Below are positions 1 to 9,146 of a stretch of DNA of 64,000 nt, piece by piece. Position numbers and translations under genes: made by a program. The notes below the pieces were generated by a model, which did no database searches, had not been told where the DNA came from, and was given only the letters and a program-made list of their open reading frames with translations. The stretch comes from an uncultured Chitinophagaceae bacterium (GTDB lineage: Bacteria > Planctomycetota > Planctomycetia > Pirellulales > UBA1268), in the NCBI GenBank assembly GCA_964585575.1, contig CAZPEM010000001.1, positions 4,994 through 68,993 on the forward strand. The letters are read 5' to 3'. Every line of letters begins with the position of its first letter. The first letter of the stretch is position 1.

Positions 1-2
1 AC

Positions 3-563
3 CTCCTGGCCGGGTGCGACCGCACCGAGATCCGCGAGGTCTACAGCCGCCCGCAGGCGCTCTCCCAGTGCCGCAACTGGCTCGCCCGGCATCTCCCCGC
101 CGCCAAGCTCGTCGAGGTCACGAGCACGAGCCATGCCGCCGAGACCGCCTCCAAGACGCCCCACGCCGCCGCCATCGCCAGCCGGCAGGCCGGCGTGCAC
201 CACGGGCTCGACGTGATCGCCGAGAATATCGAGGATCTCGAAGGCAACTCCACCCGCTTCGCGGTCATCGGCCATGAAGACTCGGCCCGCACCGGCCACG
301 ACAAGACGTCGTTGATGTTCGAGATCGAGCACAAGCCCGGTGGCCTCGCCGACGCCCTCGCGATCCCGAAGCGGCAGAAGCTCAACCTCACCTGGATCGA
401 GTCGTTCCCCATGGCGGGCATGGAGCGTGGCTACGTCTTCTTCGTGGAGCTCGAGGGGCATCGCACCGACCCCCGGGTCCGTCGGGCGATCCAGTCGCTC
501 GAGAAGAAGTGCCGCCGCGTCGTGATCCTCGGCTCCTACGCGATCGCCGCGGCGGTGGGCTGA
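3..563 (+). CDS. pheA: Prephenate dehydratase, C-terminal portion (5' end outside window)
   Basis: Frame 3 is open from the window edge to the stop at 563. The translation reads ...IREVYSRPQALSQCRNWLARHLP..., followed by an ACT-type regulatory domain (KTSLMFEIEHKPGGLADAL, GYVFFVELEGH). Confidence 0.85.
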   Translation, partial: LLAGCDRTEIREVYSRPQALSQCRNWLARHLPAAKLVEVTSTSHAAETASKTPHAAAIASRQAGVHHGLDVIAENIEDLEGNSTRFAVIGHEDSARTGHDKTSLMFEIEHKPGGLADALAIPKRQKLNLTWIESFPMAGMERGYVFFVELEGHRTDPRVRRAIQSLEKKCRRVVILGSYAIAAAVG

Positions 564-646
564 GGCCAAAACGACCGGAAGGACCCTCGTGACGGCCCGA
601 AAAAGGCCTTCGTGAATCCCGCGGGCGACTCTATAGTCCGCTCGCC

Positions 647-1315
647 ATGCTCAAGATCTTCATCGGATGGGATTCGCGGTTCCCGGAGATGGCCGACGTG
701 CTGCGGCACAGCCTGCTCGAACACGCCTCGATCCCACTCGACATCCGTTTCCTGAAGCTGCACGAGACCGGCCTCGTTCGCCCCCCCGATCCGCGGGCAT
801 CGACGGAGTTCACCTACTCCCGCTTCCTCGTGCCGCAGCTCTGCGGCTTCGAGGGAAAGGCGATCTTCATGGACGGCGACATGCTTTGCTTCGCCGACAT
901 CAGGGAGCTGGACGACCTCGAAATGGGCGACCTTGCCCTGCGGGTCGTGAAGCACGACTACCGGCCAGAGAACACCTTGAAGATGCACGGCTGCGAACAG
1001 TCCGTCTATCCGCGAAAGAACTGGTCGAGCCTGATGATCATGAACTGCCGGCGGCTGACGCTCTGGAGCAGGGAGGTCGTTGCAACGCAGACCGGCGGCT
1101 TCCTCCATCGCTTTCAGGGCATACCCGATGAGCGGATCGGCGAGATCCCGATCGCCTGGAACTCCCTCGACCGGATGGACGAAACCACCAGGATGATCCA
1201 CTACACGAATGGCGGCCCGTGGCTGGAGGCCTATCGCCACCATCCGCATGCCGACGTCTGGTTTCGCGCCCGGGACGCCATGCGCGACTCCTCGCGAGAG
1301 CGTTCGGCGGCCTGA
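647..1315 (+). CDS. GT8-like nucleotide-diphospho-sugar glycosyltransferase
   Basis: 222-aa ORF with high GC3. GT-A features are present: N-terminal IFIGWD strand, STEFTYSRFLVP, and a DxD motif in IFMDGDMLCF. Confidence 0.65.
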   Translation: MLKIFIGWDSRFPEMADVLRHSLLEHASIPLDIRFLKLHETGLVRPPDPRASTEFTYSRFLVPQLCGFEGKAIFMDGDMLCFADIRELDDLEMGDLALRVVKHDYRPENTLKMHGCEQSVYPRKNWSSLMIMNCRRLTLWSREVVATQTGGFLHRFQGIPDERIGEIPIAWNSLDRMDETTRMIHYTNGGPWLEAYRHHPHADVWFRARDAMRDSSRERSAA

Positions 1316-1355
1316 TCGGCGGCAGCACCTGCGGGGCCCTCGTACGAACGACGCG

Positions 1356-3431
1356 ATGCCAACGCCGTCAGAAACCGTTGCCGAGCGCAGCCGCGTGATG
1401 CCGCTCGTCGTCGGCGCCGTTCGCTCGGGCACGACGCTCCTGCGTTTGATGCTCGACGCCCACTCGCGGATCGCCATGGGGCCCGAGACGTCGTTTCCGG
1501 AAACGCTCTTTCTCGACGCTGCTTCGCTCCCCGGCGACGCCGTCGCCGCCCGCGTGATCGAGCAGCCCAAGTGGCCGGACCTCGGGATCGACGGGGATGC
1601 GTATTGCGATGCGTGCCGGGGGCGGTCCGGAGCCGAAGCGATGATGCTCGTCTGGGACCACTACGGCAAGCGGCATGCGAAGCCCGTCGTCGGTGACAAG
1701 AGCCCTTCCTACGTCCGGTTCCTGCCGAGCATTTTCAGGGTGCTCCCGTGCATCCGCGTGATCCATCTGATCCGCGATGGCCGCGACTGTTTTGCCTCGC
1801 AGATGCACTCGCGTTTTTCGATGCAGTCGGTTGCCATTCGCTCTCCCGCGCGGCAGGCTGCGGACTGGTGCGATTCCGTCGCGGCGGGGAGGCGTGACGG
1901 CCCCTCGCTCCCCGCGTACATCGAGATTCGCTACGAGGATCTCGTTGGCGAGACGGCTCGCGTGCTCGAACGCATCTGCCGCTTTTTGGGAGAGGACTAC
2001 GAGCCGGCGATGCTCGGCTATCACGACCGCGCAGCGAAACGGCTTGCCGAACTCGGCGACCGGGTCGTTGACGGGGGCCGCATGCAGCCGGCGGCGGTTC
2101 GTCGGAAGGCTTTCTCGCTCACGCTGTCCCCACCCGACGAACTCCGGATCGGCCGCTGGCTGGAGACGCTTCTCCCATCCGAAGTGAAGGAGTATGAAGC
2201 GGTGGCGGGCCCGATGCTCGCGGAGTGTGGCTATCGGCCATCGGCGGCGATCCTCGACGGACGCAACGAGAACCTCGCCCACGAGCAGGCCGTCCAATTC
2301 GCGGCGGCGCTTGCCCGCCGCGACTACGACGAGGCACAGCGGTGCGCGACACGCGCGTACCGGGCCGACCCGCGGTCGCTCCAGAGGATGCGCCAGCTGT
2401 CCTCGATCGCCGAGTGGACGCAAGACCTGGCCGTGCAGTGGCGGATGGAGGTCGTCTGCGACGAAGCGGCCGAATCGCGATTCGGCGGCAGGCTCCCGGC
2501 CTGGGCGGGCGAGCCGCTCGATTCCGGCAGGCGACTCTTCATTTGGAAGTCGCACCGGCACCTCGGTGCGGAGCTGAGGTACTCGGCGGCGCTCGCGAAT
2601 CTCGGCGAGGGGGCGAAACACTGCACCGTCGAGGTCGATGCCCGGCTCGCGCCGCTCCTGGCGAGACGATTTCCTGCACTCGACGTCGTGCCTCGCGACG
2701 CCACGGCAAGCGAAGCCGTGCCGCAGGGCACCTGCTTCCACGCGACGTGGGAGCGGCTCGCCCACTATCTGCTGCCGTCCATCGCGGCGATGCCCCGGGA
2801 CCCCTGGCTCGTGGCCGATCCGTCCCGGGTCGGGCAGTTCTCCCGTCGCTGGTTTCCGCGATCGCTGCGGCCCCGCGTCGCCCTCGTGTGGCACAGCGTC
2901 AACGCCGACAAATCGCTGCCTCCGCTCGAAAGTTGGCGACACATTCTCGCGGTGCGGGGCATCGAATTCGTTTCCGCCCAGCACCACGCCGACCCGCGAA
3001 GGATTCCGGAGTGGCGGCCGCTGGGTGGCCGCGTCCGGGTGGAGAAGGTCGATATGTACGGGGATCTGGACGGGCTGGCCGCAGTGCTGCGGTCGTGCGA
3101 CCTCCTGATCGCTGTCTCGGCGTCGCAGGTCCATCTGGCGGGCGGGCTTGGCGTGCCCACGTGGCTCGTCGTTCGCGAGCAGCCGCAACTCAGCTGGCCT
3201 TTGGGAAGCGAGCAGACGATCTGGTACCCGGGCATGCGATGCGTGTGGGTGCGCGAAGAAGCCGACTGGGATGCGGCCATGCGACGGTTGGCCGACGACC
3301 TGCGAGCGTGGGCTGGGCTTCGACGCTTGCCGAGCTCAGGTCGGCTGACTTATCCTTCCGCACTCAACCCCGCTCAAGGAGGCAAGGCATGGCCGCCCGC
3401 ACGCCGATCGTCGCCGGAAACTGGAAGATGA
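1356..3431 (+). CDS. Fusion protein: N-terminal sulfotransferase domain + C-terminal GT9 (heptosyltransferase-like) glycosyltransferase domain
   Basis: Lies in ORF 1209-3431; plausible starts are ATG 1356 or 1398. The N-terminus has a PAPS-binding loop (GAVRSGTTLLRLML) and IHLIRDGRD. The C-terminal ~230 aa resemble GT9 (ALVWHSVNADKSLP...GDLDGLAAVLRSCDLLIAVSASQVHLAGGLGVPTW). The 3' end overlaps tpiA by 43 nt. Confidence 0.7.
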   Translation: MPTPSETVAERSRVMPLVVGAVRSGTTLLRLMLDAHSRIAMGPETSFPETLFLDAASLPGDAVAARVIEQPKWPDLGIDGDAYCDACRGRSGAEAMMLVWDHYGKRHAKPVVGDKSPSYVRFLPSIFRVLPCIRVIHLIRDGRDCFASQMHSRFSMQSVAIRSPARQAADWCDSVAAGRRDGPSLPAYIEIRYEDLVGETARVLERICRFLGEDYEPAMLGYHDRAAKRLAELGDRVVDGGRMQPAAVRRKAFSLTLSPPDELRIGRWLETLLPSEVKEYEAVAGPMLAECGYRPSAAILDGRNENLAHEQAVQFAAALARRDYDEAQRCATRAYRADPRSLQRMRQLSSIAEWTQDLAVQWRMEVVCDEAAESRFGGRLPAWAGEPLDSGRRLFIWKSHRHLGAELRYSAALANLGEGAKHCTVEVDARLAPLLARRFPALDVVPRDATASEAVPQGTCFHATWERLAHYLLPSIAAMPRDPWLVADPSRVGQFSRRWFPRSLRPRVALVWHSVNADKSLPPLESWRHILAVRGIEFVSAQHHADPRRIPEWRPLGGRVRVEKVDMYGDLDGLAAVLRSCDLLIAVSASQVHLAGGLGVPTWLVVREQPQLSWPLGSEQTIWYPGMRCVWVREEADWDAAMRRLADDLRAWAGLRRLPSSGRLTYPSALNPAQGGKAWPPARRSSPETGR

Positions 3432-4171
3432 ACCTCGACCGCGCGAAGGCCCACGCGCTCGCCGAGGCCGTGGCGGCCCGACGCGGAGAGGCTGCGGGGG
3501 TCGATCTCGTGCTCTGCCCGCCGAGCGTCTACCTCGAAACGGTCGCGGCGGCCCTGAAGCTCGTCGGCGGCTCGAGCCCTTCGGGGGTCGCCCTCGGCGG
3601 CCAGAACGTGTGCGACAAGGCGAGCGGCGCCTTCACCGGCGAGGTCGCGCCGCCGATGCTCGTCGACATCGGCTGCTGCTACGTGATCCTCGGCCACTCG
3701 GAGCGGCGCACGCTCTACGGCGAGACCGACGCGATCGTGGCCGCGAAGGTCCATGCCGCCCTCGCTGCGGGGCTGACCCCGATCGTCTGTGTCGGCGAAC
3801 TGCTCGAGGAGCGCGAGGCCGGCAAGACGGCCGACGTCGTCTCGAAGCAGGTGCGAGGGTCGCTCGCGGGCGTCGCCGCGGCCGACCTGCCGAAGCTCGT
3901 GATCGCCTACGAGCCGGTCTGGGCGATCGGCACGGGCAAGGTCGCGACGCCGGAGCAGGCCCAGGAGGTGCACGCCCTCATCCGCTCGCTGCTCGCCGGG
4001 CTCTCCGACGCCGCCACCGCGGCGAAGGTCCGCATCCAGTACGGCGGCAGCGTGAAGCCCGACAACGCCAAGGATCTCGCGGCCAAGCCCGACATCGACG
4101 GCGCCCTCGTCGGTGGCGCGAGCCTCAAGGCCGACGACTTCCTCCCGATCGCCGCCGCCTTCCGAGGGTAG
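3389..4171 (+). CDS. tpiA: Triosephosphate isomerase
   Basis: ATG 3389 is preceded by AAGGAGG (3377-3383). Diagnostic motifs: PIVAGNWKMN, ILGHSERR, IAYEPVWAIGTG, VGGASL. Confidence 0.95.
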   Translation: MAARTPIVAGNWKMNLDRAKAHALAEAVAARRGEAAGVDLVLCPPSVYLETVAAALKLVGGSSPSGVALGGQNVCDKASGAFTGEVAPPMLVDIGCCYVILGHSERRTLYGETDAIVAAKVHAALAAGLTPIVCVGELLEEREAGKTADVVSKQVRGSLAGVAAADLPKLVIAYEPVWAIGTGKVATPEQAQEVHALIRSLLAGLSDAATAAKVRIQYGGSVKPDNAKDLAAKPDIDGALVGGASLKADDFLPIAAAFRG

Positions 4172-4299
4172 CCTCGCGCCCCGGAGGCCGGGAAGCCAGA
4201 CGCGGCCCCGACGCCGACCCACATGGCTTACGCGACGGGGCTTTTTCCGTTAGGTTACTGACCGCTCTCGTCCCAGGATTCCGTTCCAGGATTCTTCAG

Positions 4300-4875
4300 A
4301 TGCTCACGCTCGTCCGGTTTCTGCTCGGCTTCATGCTGGTCTTCACGGCCCTGTTCCTGATCCTGCTGGTGCTCATCCAGCGGGGCCGCGGCGGCGGACT
4401 CGCGGGGGCCTTCGGCGGCGCGGGCGGCCAGAGCGCGTTCGGCACGAAGGCGGGCGACATCTTCACGAAGATCACGATCGGCGTCGCCGGCTTCTGGATC
4501 ATCCTCTGCATCGTTGCCATCAATGTGCTCGGCCGGCAGCAGTCGCTCTTTTCGGGATCGCTCGGTTCGTCGGCACCACAGGCCGTGCAGGCCGGCCCCG
4601 GCGACACGCCCCCGGCCGCCACGAATCCCCCGGCGGACGGCGGGCCAGCTCCGGTCGAGCAGTCGGACGAGAAAACGACGACCGACAAAACGACGACTGA
4701 AGAAAACTCGACGAAGCCGGCGAACACCGAGCCCGCAAAGGCCGATGCCACTCCTCCGCAGTCGCCCGCCGCTGCGACCCCGGCTGTGCCACCGGCCCCG
4801 GCTGTGCCACCGGCACCGGCTGCGCCGGCTGCTGCTGTGCCACCGGCAACGCCTCAACCGGCTGCCGCGAACTGA
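4300..4875 (+). CDS. secG: Preprotein translocase subunit SecG with a long Pro/Ala/Thr-rich C-terminal extension
   Basis: ATG 4300 lies inside a longer GC-artefact ORF (3610-4875). The two-TM SecG core is present (FLILLVLIQRGRGGGLAGAFGGAGGQSAFG...ITIGVAGFWIILCIV), and the gene sits in the conserved position after tpiA. The core is followed by a low-complexity tail of ~110 aa. Confidence 0.85.
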   Translation: MLTLVRFLLGFMLVFTALFLILLVLIQRGRGGGLAGAFGGAGGQSAFGTKAGDIFTKITIGVAGFWIILCIVAINVLGRQQSLFSGSLGSSAPQAVQAGPGDTPPAATNPPADGGPAPVEQSDEKTTTDKTTTEENSTKPANTEPAKADATPPQSPAAATPAVPPAPAVPPAPAAPAAAVPPATPQPAAAN

Positions 4876-4889
4876 TCGCTGCCCCCGGA

Positions 4890-5789
4890 ATGTCGATGAG
4901 CACGACTGGCCCCAAGAGCATGACCGGCTGCGGCGAGGCCACGCTCACCCGCGACGGCTGCACCTGCCGCATCGAGGTGCGGTCGGTCAACCACCGATTC
5001 TTCAAGCTGTCGCTGCGGGCGAGAGAGGGCTTTTCCGCCCTCGAACCGAGGATCGATGCGGTCGTGCGCGAGCGGCTCAAGCGGGGCAGCGTGCAGGTGA
5101 CGCTCGACGTAAGCGGCCGCGGCGCAGGGGGCGGCCGCCGGATCGATCGCGGCCAGCTCGAAACCTACCTCGACGATCTCGCCGACTTCTGCACCTCCCG
5201 CGGCCTGAACCACCCGATCTCGGTCGATGCTCTCTTGTCGCTTCCAGGGGTCGTCACCGAGAGCTTCTCGACGCCGGAGGCGATTCAAGCCCACTGGCCG
5301 CTCGTCGAGGCGACGCTTCTCGCGGCTCTCGACGCGGTCGATGGGATGCGGGCGAGCGAGGGAGCCGCCATGGCCGCCGATTTGCGGAACACCTGCGGCG
5401 AGATCGCCGGGCTGGCCTCGACCATCCGCGAACGGGTGCCCAAGGTCATGGACGACTACCGCCGCCGGCTGTTCGAGCGGGTGAGCCGGGTCCTGGCCGA
5501 GCATGACGCGGCGATCGCTCCGGCCGACGTCGCCAGGGAGGTGGCCCTGCTCGCCGACCGGTCCGACATCGCCGAGGAACTGGTCAGGCTCGACAGTCAC
5601 ATAGCCCAGTTCACGGCGATCCTCGCCGCGGACTCCCCCGGCCGACCGCTCGAGTTTCTCACCCAGGAACTCGGCCGCGAGGTCAACACGATCGGGTCGA
5701 AGTCGGCCGACGTCGAGATCGCCCACACCGTCGTCGAGCTCAAGGCCCGCGTCGAGCGGCTGAAGGAACTCGTGCAAAATTTCGAGTGA
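4890..5789 (+). CDS. yicC: YicC family stress-induced protein
   Basis: The N-terminus (MTGCGEA...RSVNHRFFKL) and the C-terminal DUF1732-like region (ELGREVNTIGSKSADVEI...LKELVQNFE) match the family. The start is ambiguous among 4890, 4896 and 4920. Confidence 0.8.
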   Translation: MSMSTTGPKSMTGCGEATLTRDGCTCRIEVRSVNHRFFKLSLRAREGFSALEPRIDAVVRERLKRGSVQVTLDVSGRGAGGGRRIDRGQLETYLDDLADFCTSRGLNHPISVDALLSLPGVVTESFSTPEAIQAHWPLVEATLLAALDAVDGMRASEGAAMAADLRNTCGEIAGLASTIRERVPKVMDDYRRRLFERVSRVLAEHDAAIAPADVAREVALLADRSDIAEELVRLDSHIAQFTAILAADSPGRPLEFLTQELGREVNTIGSKSADVEIAHTVVELKARVERLKELVQNFE

Positions 5790-5802
5790 ACGGGTATACT
5801 TT

Positions 5803-6402
5803 ATGGTACGCATGTCCACCACCCGAGGCCAACTCGTCGTCATCTCCGGCCCCTCCGGCGTCGGCAAGAGCACGATCCTCCGGCGGCTGCTGGCCCGGCT
5901 TCCCCACCTGATCCCGAGCGTGTCCGCGACCACCCGCCCCCCGCGGGCCGGCGAACGCGACGGCGTGGACTACCACTTCCTCCCGCTGGAGGAGTTCGAA
6001 AGGCGTCGAAAAGCCGGGGATTTCCTGGAATGCTGCCAGGTCTACGGCCGTCAGCACTGGTACGGCACGCTGGTCGACGAAGTAGCCCCCCGGCTGGCCG
6101 CCGGAGATTGGGTGGTTTTGGAGATCGACGTGGAGGGTACACTATCGATTCTCCAGAAATTTCCCGACGCCCTCACGATCTTCGTGGAGCCGGAACGGCC
6201 GGAGCAGCTCGACGAGCGGCTTCGCGGTCGCGGCACTGAAAGCCCTGAGGCGATGGCGAGACGACTGGAGGTGGCGCTCCGCGAACTGGCCGAGGCACAC
6301 CGCTACCGGCACCGGGTCGTCAACGCCCGACTGGACGACGCCGTCGATCAGATCGCAGAGATCCTGCGGCAGGCAGGCCTGCCGGAAGCCGCCGCAACCT
6401 GA
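5803..6402 (+). CDS. gmk: Guanylate kinase
   Basis: P-loop VVISGPSGVGKST and the TTRPPRAGERDGVDYHF motif are present. The gene is followed by rpoZ, as in many bacteria. The start is 5803 or 5812. Confidence 0.93.
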   Translation: MVRMSTTRGQLVVISGPSGVGKSTILRRLLARLPHLIPSVSATTRPPRAGERDGVDYHFLPLEEFERRRKAGDFLECCQVYGRQHWYGTLVDEVAPRLAAGDWVVLEIDVEGTLSILQKFPDALTIFVEPERPEQLDERLRGRGTESPEAMARRLEVALRELAEAHRYRHRVVNARLDDAVDQIAEILRQAGLPEAAAT

Positions 6403-6483
6403 AGCCCCCGAAACCGACCGCCCCCATCCATCCACTCGTCCACTCCCGCCCACCCACTCACAAATCACAAAGGAGAATGATGC

Positions 6484-6747
6484 ATGATCGATGACCTGCG
6501 CGAGGAAGAGATCGTCAACAAGGTCGGCGGACGCTTCAAGCTCTCGACCCTGATCCAGAAGCGGCTCGTCGCGCTCAACGCCGGGAGTCGCCCCCTCGTC
6601 GACATCGACACCGACGATCGCATGCAGATCGTCATCGAGGAGATCAAGCAGGACAAGATCTTCCTCGACACGGCGAGCAACCTGCGGATCACGGGCGAGT
6701 CGGCCGAAGCCGGTGGGCCGCTCGACTTCTCGCCGGACATCCTCTGA
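6484..6747 (+). CDS. rpoZ: DNA-directed RNA polymerase omega subunit-like protein
   Basis: 87 aa, with an AGGAG RBS at 6471-6475. It has an omega-like helical core (NKVGGRFKLSTLIQKRLVAL) and sits in the conserved position between gmk and coaBC. Confidence 0.7.
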   Translation: MIDDLREEEIVNKVGGRFKLSTLIQKRLVALNAGSRPLVDIDTDDRMQIVIEEIKQDKIFLDTASNLRITGESAEAGGPLDFSPDIL

Positions 6748-6798
6748 AAAACGGCGTTTGATCACGACTCCCCGATCCCGGATTGCACGTTCACGGTC

Positions 6799-7368
6799 AT
6801 GACCATCGCAGGCCGCGAAATCGTGCTCGGGGTTTCGGGAGGTGTGGCGGCCTTCAAGGCCGCGACGATCGCAAGCCGCCTCGTGCAGGATGGGGCGGGC
6901 GTCACGGCCGTGCTCACGAAAAACGCCCGCCGCTTCATCGGGGCGGCGACCTTCGCGGCGCTCACCGGCAGGCCCGTCCCCACGGGCAGCTTCGAGCCCT
7001 CGGCGCATCCGCTGGGAGCGCACATCGAGCTTGCCGCGCGGGCCGACCTCGTCGTGGTCGCCCCGGCCACGGCCGACCTGCTTGCGAAGGCGGCCCACGG
7101 CCTCGCCGACGACCTGCTCTCGACGCTTCTGCTCTGTGCCGAGTGCCCGGTGCTCTTCGCCCCGGCGATGAACGCCGCGATGTGGGAAAAGCCTGTGGTG
7201 CAGCGAAACGTGCGGCAGTTGGCCGACGACGGCGCGATTTTCGTCGAGCCCGGAACCGGCTGGCTCTCCTGCCGAAAGCAGGGAACGGGCAGGATGGCCG
7301 AGCCCGAGACGATCCTCGAGGCGATCGCCGGCATCCTGGCAGCGAGGCCGTCTGGCCGCTCCCCGTAG
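6799..7368 (+). CDS. coaC: Phosphopantothenoylcysteine decarboxylase (stand-alone flavoprotein CoaC)
   Basis: Flavoprotein motifs LGVSGGVAAFKA, VVAPATADLLAK and FAPAMNAAMW are present. The ORF stops at 7368, before the CoaB module. Confidence 0.88.
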   Translation: MTIAGREIVLGVSGGVAAFKAATIASRLVQDGAGVTAVLTKNARRFIGAATFAALTGRPVPTGSFEPSAHPLGAHIELAARADLVVVAPATADLLAKAAHGLADDLLSTLLLCAECPVLFAPAMNAAMWEKPVVQRNVRQLADDGAIFVEPGTGWLSCRKQGTGRMAEPETILEAIAGILAARPSGRSP

Positions 7369-7454
7369 GCCCTTCCGAAGCCCTAGGCCCTTCACAAGCC
7401 ACCGCGCGGCGAGCATCATCCCCGGTCGGTCCGCAGCCCGACTTTTCGAACGCC

Positions 7455-8090
7455 ATGGCCCACATCCTTCTCACCGCCGGCCCCACCCGTTCCTACCTGG
7501 ACGGCGTCCGCTACCTCACGAACGCCTCGAGCGGCCGGATGGCTTTGGCGCTCGCGGCGGCGGCACGGAAGCGGCGGCACGAGGTCACGATCGTGAGCGG
7601 GCCGGTGAGCGTGAAATACCCGAGAGGCGTCAGGGTCGTGAACGTCATGACGACCCGCGAGATGCTCGACGCCTCGCTCGACCTGCTGCCCGACTGCGAC
7701 GGGGTGATCGCCGCGGCCGCCCCCTGCGACTTCGAGCCGGAGCGGCGGGTCGCCGGCAAAATTCCGCGACGGGGAGACGGCCTCACGCTGAAGCTTCGGC
7801 CGACCGTCGACGTCATCGCGACGGTGGCCCGCAGGGCCCGGCCTGAGCAGTGGATGGTCGCCTTCGCCCTGGAGCCGGAGGCCAACCCGGCGAGGGCCCT
7901 CGAAAAGATCACGACGAAGCGGTGCGACCTGATCGTCGTCAACGACCTCTCCGCGATCGACGCCCGGGATACCGCCGTGACGGTCTACGACCGCTCGCAC
8001 GCCCGGGCCGGCTCCCGGAAGGGCACAAAGGCCGCCGTCGCGGCCTGGCTCGTGCGGCTCGTCGAACGCAGGCTCATGAATCCGGTATAA
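7455..8090 (+). CDS. coaB: Phosphopantothenate-cysteine ligase (stand-alone CoaB)
   Basis: ATG 7455 lies inside a longer ORF (6783-8090). DFP C-terminal-domain motifs are present: [48 protein letters not shown]. Confidence 0.88.
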   Translation: MAHILLTAGPTRSYLDGVRYLTNASSGRMALALAAAARKRRHEVTIVSGPVSVKYPRGVRVVNVMTTREMLDASLDLLPDCDGVIAAAAPCDFEPERRVAGKIPRRGDGLTLKLRPTVDVIATVARRARPEQWMVAFALEPEANPARALEKITTKRCDLIVVNDLSAIDARDTAVTVYDRSHARAGSRKGTKAAVAAWLVRLVERRLMNPV

Positions 8091-8127
8091 CTCCCTCTTT
8101 CCCGTTGCCCCCGACCTTGCCCGAACG

Positions 8128-9138
8128 ATGATCGACGTCGCCATTCTCGGTGCCACCGGCTACACGGCGGTCGAACTGATCAAGCTCCTCCTGCGGCACC
8201 CGCAGGCGAGGATCACGGCCGTCACGAGCCGGCAGGACGGGCGGCCCGCGATCTCGACCGTCCATCCGAGCCTCGTGGGCCGGCTCGACCTGCCGCTGGA
8301 GGATCTCTCGCCGAAGGAGATCGCCGCGAGGGCCGCGTGCGTCTTCAGCTGCCTGCCGCACGCCGCAAGCGCGGAGGTCGTGTCGCAACTGCTCGATGCC
8401 GGCGCGACGGTCATCGACTTCAGCGCCGACTACCGGCTCGACGACGCCGCGAGCTACCAGGAGTGGTACGGCCACGAGCATCCGGATGCCGGGCGGCTCG
8501 GGAGCGTCGTCTACGGCCTCCCCGAACTCTTCCGCGGGAGGATCAAGGGAGCGAAGCTCGTCGCGAACCCGGGCTGCTACTCGACCTCGGCGATCCTGCC
8601 GCTGGCTCCCCTCGTGAAGGCTGGTCTCATCGAGACGACCGACATCATCGTCGACTCCAAGAGCGGCGTGAGCGGGGCGGGCCGTTCGCCCAAGCTCATG
8701 ACGCACTTCCCGGAGTGCAACGAGAGCCTCTCCGCCTACAACGTCGGCCGCCACCGGCACACGCCCGAGATCGAGCAGGTGATCGGGCGTCATGCAGGCC
8801 GTCGACCGGAGGTGATCTTCACGCCGCAGCTGGCGCCGATGGACCGCGGGATCCTTTCGACGATCTATGCCAAGCCCACCCGCCCGCTCACCGACGACGC
8901 CGTCCTCGCCGCGCTGCGGGAGGCCTACGCGGGGGAGCGGTTCGTGCGGGTCGTCGACCACCTTCCCGCCACGAAGGACACGGTCGATACGAACTTCTGC
9001 GACATCACCGCCCGGGTGGTCCGCGGCCGCGTGCTCCTCATCAGCTGTCTCGACAACCTCGTGAAGGGTGCGAGCGGTGCCGCCGTGCAGAACTTCAACT
9101 GCGTCCACGGTCTTCCCGAACATACCGGCATGCTCTGA
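8128..9138 (+). CDS. argC: N-acetyl-gamma-glutamyl-phosphate reductase
   Basis: N-terminal Rossmann motif ([18 protein letters not shown]), active-site region ([11 protein letters not shown]), and adjacency to argJ. Confidence 0.93.
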   Translation: MIDVAILGATGYTAVELIKLLLRHPQARITAVTSRQDGRPAISTVHPSLVGRLDLPLEDLSPKEIAARAACVFSCLPHAASAEVVSQLLDAGATVIDFSADYRLDDAASYQEWYGHEHPDAGRLGSVVYGLPELFRGRIKGAKLVANPGCYSTSAILPLAPLVKAGLIETTDIIVDSKSGVSGAGRSPKLMTHFPECNESLSAYNVGRHRHTPEIEQVIGRHAGRRPEVIFTPQLAPMDRGILSTIYAKPTRPLTDDAVLAALREAYAGERFVRVVDHLPATKDTVDTNFCDITARVVRGRVLLISCLDNLVKGASGAAVQNFNCVHGLPEHTGML

Positions 9139-9146
9139 GCCGCCCG

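Noticed and set aside
3610-4299. Upstream 230-codon extension of the secG ORF (ORF 3610-4875), which overlaps tpiA.
   Set aside because: It overlaps the tpiA coding frame and translates to RG-rich nonsense. SecG homology starts only at ATG 4300.
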